64,000 nt of DNA from Nemertoderma westbladi (Eukaryota > Animalia > Xenacoelomorpha): the NCBI GenBank assembly GCA_032718475.1, contig JAUCBJ010002426.1:1617-65616 (forward strand), given 5' to 3'. Each line of letters starts with the position of its first letter. The stretch's first letter is position 1. The position numbers and the translations under genes are program-made. The notes under the pieces are model-generated. The model had not been told where the DNA came from. It ran no database searches and saw only the letters and a program-made list of their open reading frames with translations. This document shows, piece by piece, positions 1 to 10,900 of the stretch.

Positions 1-555
1 GCCAAATTATTATTAGTAATTCCTTTAGCCGCTGGTACATTATGTAACAACGTTAATGATAGGAACGTTACTGTTACGTAAATCGTATTCATGATGTATG
101 ACAAAGACACTAAATGATAAATATTATAAATAAATATTTATGAGAAACAAAATAAAATGATTGTGAAAATGCATTACCTTATATGTAAGTAAGTACCACC
201 ATACCAAGTACCAAATACCAAGTATGACCAATTATTTTTGAGAGCAAAAGTTCCTTAACATTATGTAGACTATAATTTCAGCAACTGTGAAAGATTCATT
301 TAGTGGTTCTAAATCTATAACCCAATTGTTAGTCTTACTAACTTATTATAATTAATTGCATTAATTCAACATCTTTGTAGCTCACTCCTTTATTAAAGTC
401 AAGATGGCCAATTATTTTTGAAGGTTGAAGTTCTATGGGATGAGATTTAAGCCCAAAATAGCGGGAAAATGATCGCTGTATTGATTTTAAATCAATCACA
501 TCAATTATTTTCCTCATTCAACCAAAACACGCCTTCAACGCAAAGCGTTTGCAAT
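1..555. repeat. Dispersed AT-rich repeat; second copy at about 62310-62823, same orientation
   Basis: Near-identical text in both places (ttcctttagccgctggtacattatgtaacaacg ... caaccaaaacacgccttcaa), with small indels. Confidence 0.9.
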
Positions 556-677
556 TTTGTTTCGAGATTTTTATACATAAGGGTCAATTCCACTGATGTG
601 GACTCACTTTTAGAGGCGATTTTTGGTATAGGTCTACATCAGGGGGATATAATAAAGGCTACTATAAAATAGCAGAT

Positions 678-1858
678 TGTTCGCGCTTTTAGACCTTTAG
701 CAGTTTAACCTGCCAAATTTAGGTGTCTTCTAGGTTATAAATCGACTTTAGCCTATAACAAGTATTTGATACACATAAAGTTACATTAGCCGAAGCCAGC
801 CTATGCGCGATCATTCACCCACGGTTAAGGGAGACTGGATTCGGATGCTCTGACCTTATTGCGGTGTAGGCTTACTGTACTATTCGATTGATCGTTAATA
901 TATAATCTCTGACAAATATTATTCACTTTCGGGAAATATTAACAGTTCCTTTAGGACGTGGCGCTCTAAGTATGTAAACAGAGTTATGACTTACACTAAA
1001 CACAACGGGATGGCTATTGATTTACGTATAAGGCGCATTCTTTAGGAAATGCTTTGTTATCTGTCACACTCATACACACTACCGCACACTGCTGCACACT
1101 GATCTGCCGACCTTCACTAAATTTGATCATATATAAGGAGAACAGCAACTGACACATGTAGGGTCTATGAAATAGCATTCAATTCACTCCAAAACCACTA
1201 TAATGTAAGTCGCAATTGCTATCTGTAACCGGTCTCTCTAACCTTCCGTATATCAAGAAGATTGGGGTTTTATGATTATTTGTCGATATTCTCCAAATAT
1301 AACAACATATTCATCAACTGATAACAATTAATAACCGACAGTAAATAGCAGTAAAATAATGCGGTGAAAGGTATGTATAGTATGATATGATAGGTATGAC
1401 AATATGGTTTGATAACAGTTATACGTTTCTATAATCAAAGCCGTTCTAATGTTTGGCTAAAGTCTGAAACACAGAATAATTCCACAGCCGATGTTCTGGG
1501 CTCAGGAAAAAAGGTAAACAAAGACCATAATGCATTGCGCGATTTCCCGGAGGCTTCTGTGCAAATAAAATGAAAATCGCTCTGATTGGTCGAGCCGAAC
1601 AAAGAACAAAGAAAAGCTCCACGTGGACATATCAGCTGATAGATGTCGTCATCTGAACTACACTGTATTAAGAGTATTTTGGCGTATTGCGGCATAAAAA
1701 TGGCTTGTTATGTCCGCTAAAGTACACATACAGAAAAATGGCTTTTTATGTTCACTAAAACACCTACACAGTAAGAAAACGGCTTTTTATGTCCGCTAAA
1801 ACACCTACAGAGTACTTTGCGGGGAAAATGACTAGCTAGATCCGCAAAAGCCTTTACA
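678..1858 (-). repeat. BEL-A 3' LTR
   Basis: Direct repeat of 17828-19008 with about 7 substitutions by eye. Preceded on the minus strand by the PPT-like GGGAGCGG. Confidence 0.97.
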
Positions 1859-1936
1859 CCGCTCCCAGAAAATGGGATTTAATTCTATAAAATATAAAAA
1901 ATCACAGTTTCTAAAATATAAAAATACTCTAAACAG

Positions 1937-4900
1937 TTAGTCTTTCTTGCGAGGACGGCGTTTACGCAGTTTTTTAAGGCTAGCAAGAGTCCTTTTCTCT
2001 TTGGGGCGAGCCACTTTACTAGGAGGGCTATAACTCCTGGGTGAAGGGTGCAATACAATTGCATCAGAAGGTTTGGGATTACGGTCGGTGTATCCGCCGG
2101 TCGAGGTACCTGGTTGATCGATATCAACCTCAGTGGAGCGAGGTCTAACGGCCTTTAGAGCGCGTTTTAGGACAGCAGCTCCTACTGGTCCCTGACGAGT
2201 CGTCTGAACGATAGCGGTAGGTGGACCGTGAGTAGTGAGAAACTTCCTCGGTTTAATGGTTCTTTCCAACTCGCGTTCTCGGGCTCGATATTCGTATGGC
2301 CGTCGATGTACTTCCTGTAACTCTGGATGCGAGTTGATAAACAAATCGCCATACTCCGGGTCTTGACGGATGAAGTTGATCAAGTTGTATGAATTAATAT
2401 CGTTAGGATTGATGTTCCTGAGATATTTACGAACAAATTTGGTGGAAATACACTCACCAACACGCTTCATTAGTTCGTAACTCGGTGTGCGTGATTTTTG
2501 TTCAACAGACGCGAATAGATAAGGATGGAACGCATAAACTCCTTCGTAGGCGCGTCCAGGGTAATAGCGATGGCGTGACTCACAGTGTAAATCCGCATTC
2601 GCTTCCCAAGCTCGGATGTAGCGCAGGGTAATCATTTCATCTACGCTTTCCAGATCGCGGTTAAAAGGGCAATCAAAACTGGCATGTCCTTTAAGTTGAC
2701 AATGATGGCATTGAGTCATAAATTGGGGGCAGACTGCGAAAATGTGCAAGTTATTGAGTCTGCAATACGCACAATAGATCTCCATCGCCGGTTGTTCGTG
2801 GAAATAGGAGCAGGGTACGTCTGAGTCCATGGGGGTGAGATGATCTCTCGATGCGCATAATCGGCAACGTTTTCGAGAAACATAGTTGGCGTGCCGATAA
2901 TCGTATGCGGTGAGACATTGTGGACCTTGATACCATTCTAAGACGTAGTCGTTGTCGCTGCTCCGGGGCGCTGTAGGCTGAATCTCCTCAGATTCTAAGC
3001 ATATTGGTTCGTCTTCCAATTGCATAGCTGAGGTAGGTGCGGCTGTCTCCTCAAGCGAACCCACTGTCTGAACTTCCACGATAGAATAACCCGTGGGTAT
3101 TCGAGGTCTTTGTATAACAGATGAATGTAAGTTCTGTATACAAACGTCCTTGAAAATGGCGAATCCAGCGCTGTCTAACTTCTCAGCAGCTGAGTCTCTT
3201 AGGCTGAGCTTGGTCAGAGCGCGGTCCTTGAACTGACTATCAACGTTACGGAACGGAGTCAGAAAGCGCCTGAAACATTCGAAGCGGATGAATTTATTGT
3301 GTTCATCTAGCTTGGCGAGTTTGGTTCCAAGTATTAAGGGATGGGCGCGTATAGTACGACTGCACACATCGGCTAGCCAACCGGCAAGTGCGGCGTTTTC
3401 AAAGATCGTGTATATAGCTAAGGAGGGACGAAGTGGAACACTCATAAAGCTATACACGACGCCAGGTGCGGTCAATGGTCCGTCAAAGTATAATCGAGAA
3501 TAATGATCTCCATATACTTGTTGGTAGTTGATAGGATTTCCAACCTTGAAATTCCATCCGTATTCTTGAAAGGCAAGATGTCCGATGGAGGTTCGTTGTA
3601 CTTTAGTAATGCCGCTGGGTGTATTGGCATACATAGTGCGGAAGAAACCTCGGCCTTCTGCCCAGGGAGCAATCAGCTGAGTATCTACGAAAGGATATGG
3701 GATATTCTCCATGTTCCTAAAGTCGTTTTGGAGATCTCCATAAACAGCTGAGCCGATTTTAAGGATTCTTTCGTTAAACAACATCTCGAGCACGGGCTGG
3801 GGTAACATTGATCCATCGATACCCATGGCCGGTTTGCGCTCGGTGTCAGTGACGTAACGCTGCGCGAGTTCGAATTGTCCATGTCGGAGTTTCTTTTGTA
3901 TCTCGGTGAGGGTCTCAAAAGAATAATCAATCACATCGGAACACGCTCGAGTAAATACGTGGGTAGAACCAGCTAGTCCTCGTATATGTATCATGCGCGT
4001 AGTTCCCAGTTCTCCAACCGGAACGCTACCTTCGTTATCGTAAGTGACAACTCCATACATCTCGATAACGTTAAGAGTTTCGTTCCACTCTTTAGTGGCG
4101 TTTTCTAGAGTCATTCCCACTGGATGCCACAAGGTGGCGCATTCGCTAGCATTAGGTAGATCTCTATACTTCAAATACTGTGTAGTATATGTTTCTACAT
4201 CTCCATATCGTTGTATTCTTTCCTCCTCGAATAACACGTCGAGATTCCAGTGGACTAATCGAGTTTTGATAAATCCATCGAGATTATACGGAGGTATTGT
4301 ATCTTTCTCTATTCTGGAAACATTATAGGGTTTTCGGAATGAGTTTACTTTCACTAACTGATCCAGATGTTTCTGCAGTTGTTCGAGTTCGACAAGATCG
4401 AGAGGATTTATTAGTGGTAGAAACCTTAGACTATGTGTAGGATCTTCCGGTTTTACCATGTAATATTGAGTTAGATTGACATAATAAGGGTGATCTTTGA
4501 TCCCATAAAACGAGTTCGGTAAAGGTCTAGCGCGTATGTTGACCTCGTGTACCATACGACGGACAAGATCCGCTCTATTGTCCGGAGGTTCAACGAGTAT
4601 ACCGTCGACACGAGCGGCCTCGATTGGCGGACGTTGCAACATAGGAGCGTCAGCGATAAGATCCCGAGATCTTAGGTTGATATCAACCGGTTGAGGTTGT
4701 GCCGTGGCGAAGAGTTTGTCTCCGAAATGGGGAACCATCGAAGGATGAATGATGGTTTTAGAATAGAGATCAGTCATAAGGATTTGAGCTTCTGGCTGGG
4801 CTAAAGCTGCTTCTTCTCTCTCATCCATTTCTATGTGTTTCTCCTCGAGCTGATTTTCCTCCGCTTGTTGTTGTAAACGCTCGTCTAGGAACTCTTGTAG

Positions 4901-6190
4901 AGAATAGGTTCGTCCACGTTCGATGTCTTCCTCGAGGTTCTGGATTTCTCGATCGAACTGGGGTAAAGCTAATTCTTTCACCGCTTGGACTTGTTGCTGC
5001 AATTTGCGTTTCTCTAAACAATCGTAAGTTCCTTTTCCGATCTTCTGCCGAATAGCGTCTAACGCGTTTCGTACAACGCTCTCCTCGACTTCGGTGACGG
5101 GTTGTATCGGGGTTAAACCGGGACGATTGTACGGGTTGAACGGCGATATTAGATGCCCGCGTCCCAATCCGGCTAGGTAGGAAGGGCGAATATCTAGCGA
5201 GCCCACTACCGGAGTGCCACCGATTAATTGTTCGGGTAACACAAGATCTTTAAATAGTGAGTACAGTTCAGGGGGATCCGTTATACTATTAGGATCAAGC
5301 GTTTGAGGTCTCACTAAGAAATGAGGAGGTCTGACCGAGTATTCCGGAACTCTGATCATGGGTTTATTTAAGGATCGTTTGAGTCGAGCGAGCGTAGGTG
5401 ATACGTCGAACAGGTTTCGCTCGAAACTTCCATAAGTATATCGTGTAAAACTGTGTTTAGCGCAACGTCTCCGCGGATGTTTATGTCTTTCCGTTTGCTG
5501 ATTGGGTCTAGGGCATTCATCGCAGTAATACCAAAGACGCACGTCCTGCAGGGGAAACGCGGGTGATCGTTCTCCAGTTTTACAATATTCCTCCATCTGT
5601 TCGAAGCTATCTGGGACGACAGGTAGCGGTCGATCGGCGGTAAGATACATCATAGTGAAATAGAGCCGTTTGAGTTCTATCATAGGGTCATGATGTATAC
5701 CTTGAGGATATCGAGTTTCTAGATTTTGTTGACTGGCAATATTGAGATATGTTTCTCTCAAGAATTCCAGATAATCGTTGAAGTCGCTGCGTTTATCCGG
5801 CTCTTCAACGTCTTCTCTTTCGAGTCGGTTCCGAATAGAATTCTCGTGTTCTATTCTCGGTTTATCGTTCCGACTCCGCTGGGTATGATATTTAAATAAA
5901 ACCATTTCCCTTTCGGTGTCTATATCGTCCGTATCGTGTAAATCGATAGGATGGCCAGTAGTTAAGAAGTCCATATACGTACCATTACGATGCGTATAGC
6001 GAGCGGTGAATTTTCTATAGTCCAATTCACGCGTAAGTTGCTCCTGGGACATTGGCGGTTCGATATAACGACCATCGTCCTCCGTAGTAGTTGGACTAGC
6101 GTCGCCGCGTATTAAGCTATCAACAAACGCTTGTAAAGGTAGAGTATATCGCTCCCTGATACCAAGATCATCTTCTATCAACTCAGTCAT
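1937..6190 (-). CDS. 1417-aa accessory ORF of BEL-A, function unknown; C-terminal Cys/His Zn-knuckle cluster and basic NLS-like tail
   Basis: Uninterrupted ORF between pol and the PPT. Contains CRLCASRDH and CAYCRLNNLHIFAVCPQFMTQCHHCQLKGHASFDC, and ends KKLRKRRPRKKD. Homologous segments in BEL-B differ mostly at synonymous sites. Confidence 0.9.
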   Translation of the reverse strand: MTELIEDDLGIRERYTLPLQAFVDSLIRGDASPTTTEDDGRYIEPPMSQEQLTRELDYRKFTARYTHRNGTYMDFLTTGHPIDLHDTDDIDTEREMVLFKYHTQRSRNDKPRIEHENSIRNRLEREDVEEPDKRSDFNDYLEFLRETYLNIASQQNLETRYPQGIHHDPMIELKRLYFTMMYLTADRPLPVVPDSFEQMEEYCKTGERSPAFPLQDVRLWYYCDECPRPNQQTERHKHPRRRCAKHSFTRYTYGSFERNLFDVSPTLARLKRSLNKPMIRVPEYSVRPPHFLVRPQTLDPNSITDPPELYSLFKDLVLPEQLIGGTPVVGSLDIRPSYLAGLGRGHLISPFNPYNRPGLTPIQPVTEVEESVVRNALDAIRQKIGKGTYDCLEKRKLQQQVQAVKELALPQFDREIQNLEEDIERGRTYSLQEFLDERLQQQAEENQLEEKHIEMDEREEAALAQPEAQILMTDLYSKTIIHPSMVPHFGDKLFATAQPQPVDINLRSRDLIADAPMLQRPPIEAARVDGILVEPPDNRADLVRRMVHEVNIRARPLPNSFYGIKDHPYYVNLTQYYMVKPEDPTHSLRFLPLINPLDLVELEQLQKHLDQLVKVNSFRKPYNVSRIEKDTIPPYNLDGFIKTRLVHWNLDVLFEEERIQRYGDVETYTTQYLKYRDLPNASECATLWHPVGMTLENATKEWNETLNVIEMYGVVTYDNEGSVPVGELGTTRMIHIRGLAGSTHVFTRACSDVIDYSFETLTEIQKKLRHGQFELAQRYVTDTERKPAMGIDGSMLPQPVLEMLFNERILKIGSAVYGDLQNDFRNMENIPYPFVDTQLIAPWAEGRGFFRTMYANTPSGITKVQRTSIGHLAFQEYGWNFKVGNPINYQQVYGDHYSRLYFDGPLTAPGVVYSFMSVPLRPSLAIYTIFENAALAGWLADVCSRTIRAHPLILGTKLAKLDEHNKFIRFECFRRFLTPFRNVDSQFKDRALTKLSLRDSAAEKLDSAGFAIFKDVCIQNLHSSVIQRPRIPTGYSIVEVQTVGSLEETAAPTSAMQLEDEPICLESEEIQPTAPRSSDNDYVLEWYQGPQCLTAYDYRHANYVSRKRCRLCASRDHLTPMDSDVPCSYFHEQPAMEIYCAYCRLNNLHIFAVCPQFMTQCHHCQLKGHASFDCPFNRDLESVDEMITLRYIRAWEANADLHCESRHRYYPGRAYEGVYAFHPYLFASVEQKSRTPSYELMKRVGECISTKFVRKYLRNINPNDINSYNLINFIRQDPEYGDLFINSHPELQEVHRRPYEYRARERELERTIKPRKFLTTHGPPTAIVQTTRQGPVGAAVLKRALKAVRPRSTEVDIDQPGTSTGGYTDRNPKPSDAIVLHPSPRSYSPPSKVARPKEKRTLASLKKLRKRRPRKKD

Positions 6191-6232
6191 AGCTGCTATA
6201 TGAGTTTATCAATATTATAATGAGTTTATAAT

Positions 6233-6389
6233 TAGGCCAGCGGGCGTCGCTGCCTACCCCTCTCGGCCCCCGGACAGTGCAAGATCCTCAGCGCCGATGT
6301 ACCGTCGTCGCTGTGTTTTTCGCCAACGTAGTAGCTACACAACGACAACGATAACCGGCACAAGTCACTCCACTGTCCGTCCCAAAGGC
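6233..6389 (-). other. GC-rich structured leader just upstream of the accessory ORF
   Basis: Nested inverted repeats (CGGACAGTG/CACTGTCCG; TATCGTTGTCG/CGACGACGGTA; TAGGC/GCCTA), conserved at 42136-42288. Confidence 0.65.
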
Positions 6390-6999
6390 TTAGATTTACT
6401 TCAGGTTCTTACTGCAGAGTTAGGGCTACTTTCACAATTGCGACTCGCTACTGTAAACACACTTTAGTAGTAACATTCACCTATAAACGCACAAATTCCA
6501 CACAACTGTCACAAATTGTACACATTCGGGCCATTTGGCCATTAGTCAAGTGCCTTCCAGAATGCCACGTTATTATTATGTATCCTTGGATACTAGCAGT
6601 GTGCTATTTATTCCTTATGCTATTCATTGGGGCAAGCTTTCTATTGTTCTTTTAACTCACTTCTAATTCTAGCGTGGTTGTTGCTATGGTGACATTATGG
6701 AAAGCTAGTGGTAGAATTAGGGTAACTCCCATGCATACAGATCTGGGATGCTATTTAATAGTAATTATTTAATTGTCAATATCCCCTTTATACATGATTT
6801 AATAAATTTTAACGGCTATTGACTATATATTGGAGATTCTCGCACACTAATACACTTAATAGGGTGAATCTCTGCTCCCATGATCTATTAATTAATGGAA
6901 TTTTGGGAATGTTATAAATTGTATAAAAATGACAATTTATCAAATTCATTAAAGGAGATGAATTTAAATTTATTCCCGTAAATTTTATTATTTAATATT

Positions 7000-7350
7000 A
7001 AAATAGACACAATTTTATTCCAGAACATGTCTGGGGACTAGGATCCTTAATTCTAGGAAATTTGTCCTTTTAAGAGTATCGGTAAGTGCTACGATATCTT
7101 AATATACTTTTTTTATTTGATTTTAGAGGATCTAAAATTTTACAGATTTTAATTTATAGATTTTCTAGAGTTAACTTGTAAGTAGTTACTCTATTGTATC
7201 TGTTTGACAGATTTTACAAATATTAATAGTTAATATTTAAGATGGGCACCAATTTATTCCAGAACTTGTCTGGGGACGTTAACCACTGATTCTAGAATTT
7301 TGTCTTTCAAGTATATCGGTGGGTGCCGCGATATCTTAATCGACTAGAAT
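7000..7350 (-). repeat. Two diverged copies of a ~110-nt hairpin-forming motif in the pol/accessory-ORF spacer
   Basis: Copies at about 7000-7104 and 7240-7350; counterparts at 41236-41349 and 41398-41514. Confidence 0.8.
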
Positions 7351-7905
7351 TACAGATGGTCAAAGGGTTTAACAGATTTATTTGCGTTGTACGCTACTGT
7401 TAAAGGGACATCACGCTACTATATGTATTATTTAATATAGGGTATGAGAGCAATATCGCAAGAAGCAATGTCAGTGAGAAGAGGCAAGTCGTTTCCAAGG
7501 TCTACCCAGAGCTTGGTTTAGCCGAGACACGAGGATCTGAATTTTGCATTCCTAATACTCTACTTACCAATATTACTTGAATATAGTAGGAGCTTTATTG
7601 TACTTTAATAAGTACGGATATTTCATCTTACTGTAGTCACGTATTTATAATGTAATACGGACAGTAAGGAAAGAGAACAAGAATTATTTCTCGCCGTCGC
7701 ACTAAATATATAATATATAAGTAATTAAGTAATAAACGCGTATATATATATGGCACTAATCTACTAAATAATCGCTAAAATAACATTCTACTAAATAAAA
7801 TTAAAGAAAACGATTATAATAAAATTACATAATAATACATACATAAATATAAAATAATAAGAACAAATATAAAATAATATAGTCACACACCCACTCCAGA
7901 CGCTG

Positions 7906-10900
7906 TCACGTTGGGGAGTCCCTAGATGTTTGTTGGATTAGGGAGGTGGTCGTGGGAAGAGTATCTTGCCTTCCATAGTTTCCGGAGAGTTCTCTGTCTC
8001 TTTCCAGTAAACATAAATGACCAACTGGGCGATTGAGCTGCTGTGTCTCGAAGACAATTCCCGGTTTCTTAAAGTTACGTCGCATGACGACGAGTTCTAC
8101 CGATTGCACCAAACCATCATCCGAGATATGAGTCTCGATGATACGACCTGTCTGCCACCGCTTACGTGGAAGATCTGAATCCACAATAAGGACCATGTCT
8201 CCGGCGCTGACGTTTTCTTGCTGCGCAAACCACTTAGTTCGAAGTTGTAGCGTAGGCAGATAATGTTTTTCGAAATTGTCAGCGAAACGACGGGATAACA
8301 ACTGCATAAGTTGCCAAGTTTGCCGGCAGTATTCGTCTCCGTCCGTGATTTCCGATCGCGGGAGCATGGCTACAGGTTTCTTCAGTAGGAAGTGCGTGGG
8401 TGTTAGCACTTCCAGGAAATCGGGACTCGATGAGACTGGCATAAGCGGTCTCTCGTTGAGATAGGCGGCGATTTCCTCCATTAACGTCCGCAAAAGTTCG
8501 TTGGTGAGATACGCGCGGCACAGCACTATAAAGTGAAATGATGTCTTCACGCTCCTGATTAATCTCTCCCAACTTCCTCCCCACCAAGGGGCGTCGGCGG
8601 CGTTGAAGGTCCAGCTAGACGCTGTTACCCTTAGCTGATCGTCCACCTGTCTTTGATTCCAATCTTTGACGTAAGCCGTGATTTCATTGTTGGCACCAAT
8701 GAAGTTCGTTCCCTTATCAGATCTCATCGTGTTACTAGTTCCAAAGCGAGCGATCTGTTGGCGTAAGCTCAATATGAAGCTATTGGTAGACAAATCGTTC
8801 ACCATATCGAGATGGATAGCTCTACAAGTCATACAGACAAAGATGACACACCATCTCTTGACTATAGTCCTAGCACGATATACTTCAATAGGGCCAAATA
8901 GATCCACACCGGTATTTGTGAAGGGTGGTTCATAGAAGCTTACTCGTTCCCTAGGTAATTCTGCCTCTCGCTGTGTTAAAGGCCTACTGAATGCTTTCCT
9001 ACAGGGTATGCAGTTCCTAAGAACTTGGTTCAGAGCTCTACGGGGTTTATGAAAATAATAGCGAGTTCGAATTTCGCTAAGAACTCGTTCTCTACCAGCA
9101 TGATAAAGCTTACTGTGAACATCTACAATCATCTTGATTTGTATTTCAAGATTTCTAATGAGTATGGGAAACTTAGTGTCAAAGGATAATGGAGCATTAG
9201 TTAGTCTTCCTCCAACACGTATTAACCCATCTATCATTGTGCTAGAGAAACGATCCCTTAAGCGCATCTGTGGATTTCTCAACAACAGGAAATACTTATC
9301 GGAATCCTCATAGCATTGCAGGAGTCTCAGTATCTGCTTATTGGTTTCTTCATGCTCCTGGTAACTGATCTTCTCCTTCAGAAACCTGTCGGATATCTTG
9401 TATTTGGGAAGATCTTTAACAACATGGACCTGCGCAGATGTCGGTGGAGCGGTATCACTAGCGGTCTTCGTCCTGGAGTAGTGATGATGAAAACATCGCT
9501 TTAAATATGCAACGGCCTTACAGAGCCGATTCCAGGAACTATAGTGATGTATCGCTCTCTGCAGGAGAGGTGAGAGTCCTTGCGAGACGTCTGGTATTCC
9601 AGATTTCCAATCTCTCTCTCTCTCTGATTTCCACAACAGACTTATTTGTGGCTGGGGTTTTGGATCCAAAGCGTCGTCTCCGGAAGTGTGTAGTACAGAC
9701 AGATCTATCACGGGTTTAAATAACTTCGATTTACTCGCCCGAGTTTTAGGTTTGACTTTCTCCGCTCCCTTGGCCTGTCTAATCTCCGCCGTAGTAAGAT
9801 GAGGAGGCCATTCATCCTCTTCTTTGCTTAGGAAGTCGGGTCCACCTAACCAGTCTGGAGTATCTATCAGTTCTTGTGGAGTTGCTCCCCTGGAGGCGAT
9901 GTCGGCTGGATTAATCGTCCCGGGGCAATGTCTCCATTGATCTATCTTCGTGCGACTAAGTATAATGGCTACTCTGTTGGTAACGAAGACGCTGAACTGA
10001 CAGACTTCATTGGTTATATACTCCAACACGAGCAAAGCATCGGTCCAATAGACAGTTTTATCCAGTGGATAGTCGATCTGTTCTGTTACATTCCGGCCGA
10101 TGGCTGTAGCGTATAGAGCCGCTTTTAACTCCGCTCGAGGAACTTTCAACTTGTTGTTTATCAAGGCCTTAGAGGTAACCAAGGCGACCTTGATTCCATC
10201 CGGAGTTTCAACTCTCAGGTAGGCTACTATACCTATTCCCATATCGCTGGCGTCTCCAAACACATGGAGTTGATAGGAATACGTAGGGAGAACATGACCA
10301 AAATATGAACGGGAAATTATAAAGTTCTCGATGGATGGTAGAGAATCTTCCCATTTCATCCACTTCTTTAATAGTTCTCCCTTAAGTGGATCGTCCCATG
10401 AGTGGTTTTCAAGCCACATTTGTTGTACTAAACTCCGAGCAATCAATATAACTGGGCTAATAAATCCCAATGGATCGAAATAAGTGCTCAGGATACTTAG
10501 ACAAATCCGTTTAGTCCGAACTGGATTATCTCGCTGTTTTAACTGGAAAAACAGGATATCTCTCTCTGTGTCCCATTTCAAACCAAGCGTCTTGGTTTCT
10601 GGAAGATCGTCCTTGATTAGGTCTAGATCTTTAACTCCTCGGTCTTCTACCGGGATCGATTCCAGAAACTCACGGGAGTTGCTGGTGAATTTAGTTAATC
10701 GAAATCCACCTCTTTTCAAGCACTCTACCGTTCCTTTAGCGACATCAATGGCTTCTTCCACTGATGGCAGGGACTTTAAATTGTCGTCCATGTATATATC
10801 CCGTTTGATGTTGTCGATAACCTCCTTAGAGAAGGCGTCCCGGTTGTCATCAGCAGTGGTGCGCACTACTGAGCAGGCGTTTGAAGGGCTCGAGATGATC

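Noticed and set aside
1435-1695. 86-aa ORF repeated at 18585-18845
   Set aside because: It is duplicated only because it lies in the LTR, and no equivalent ORF is listed for the BEL-B LTR.
1937-6190. env gene
   Set aside because: The position fits, but no signal peptide or transmembrane anchor is visible and the C-terminus is basic and hydrophilic.
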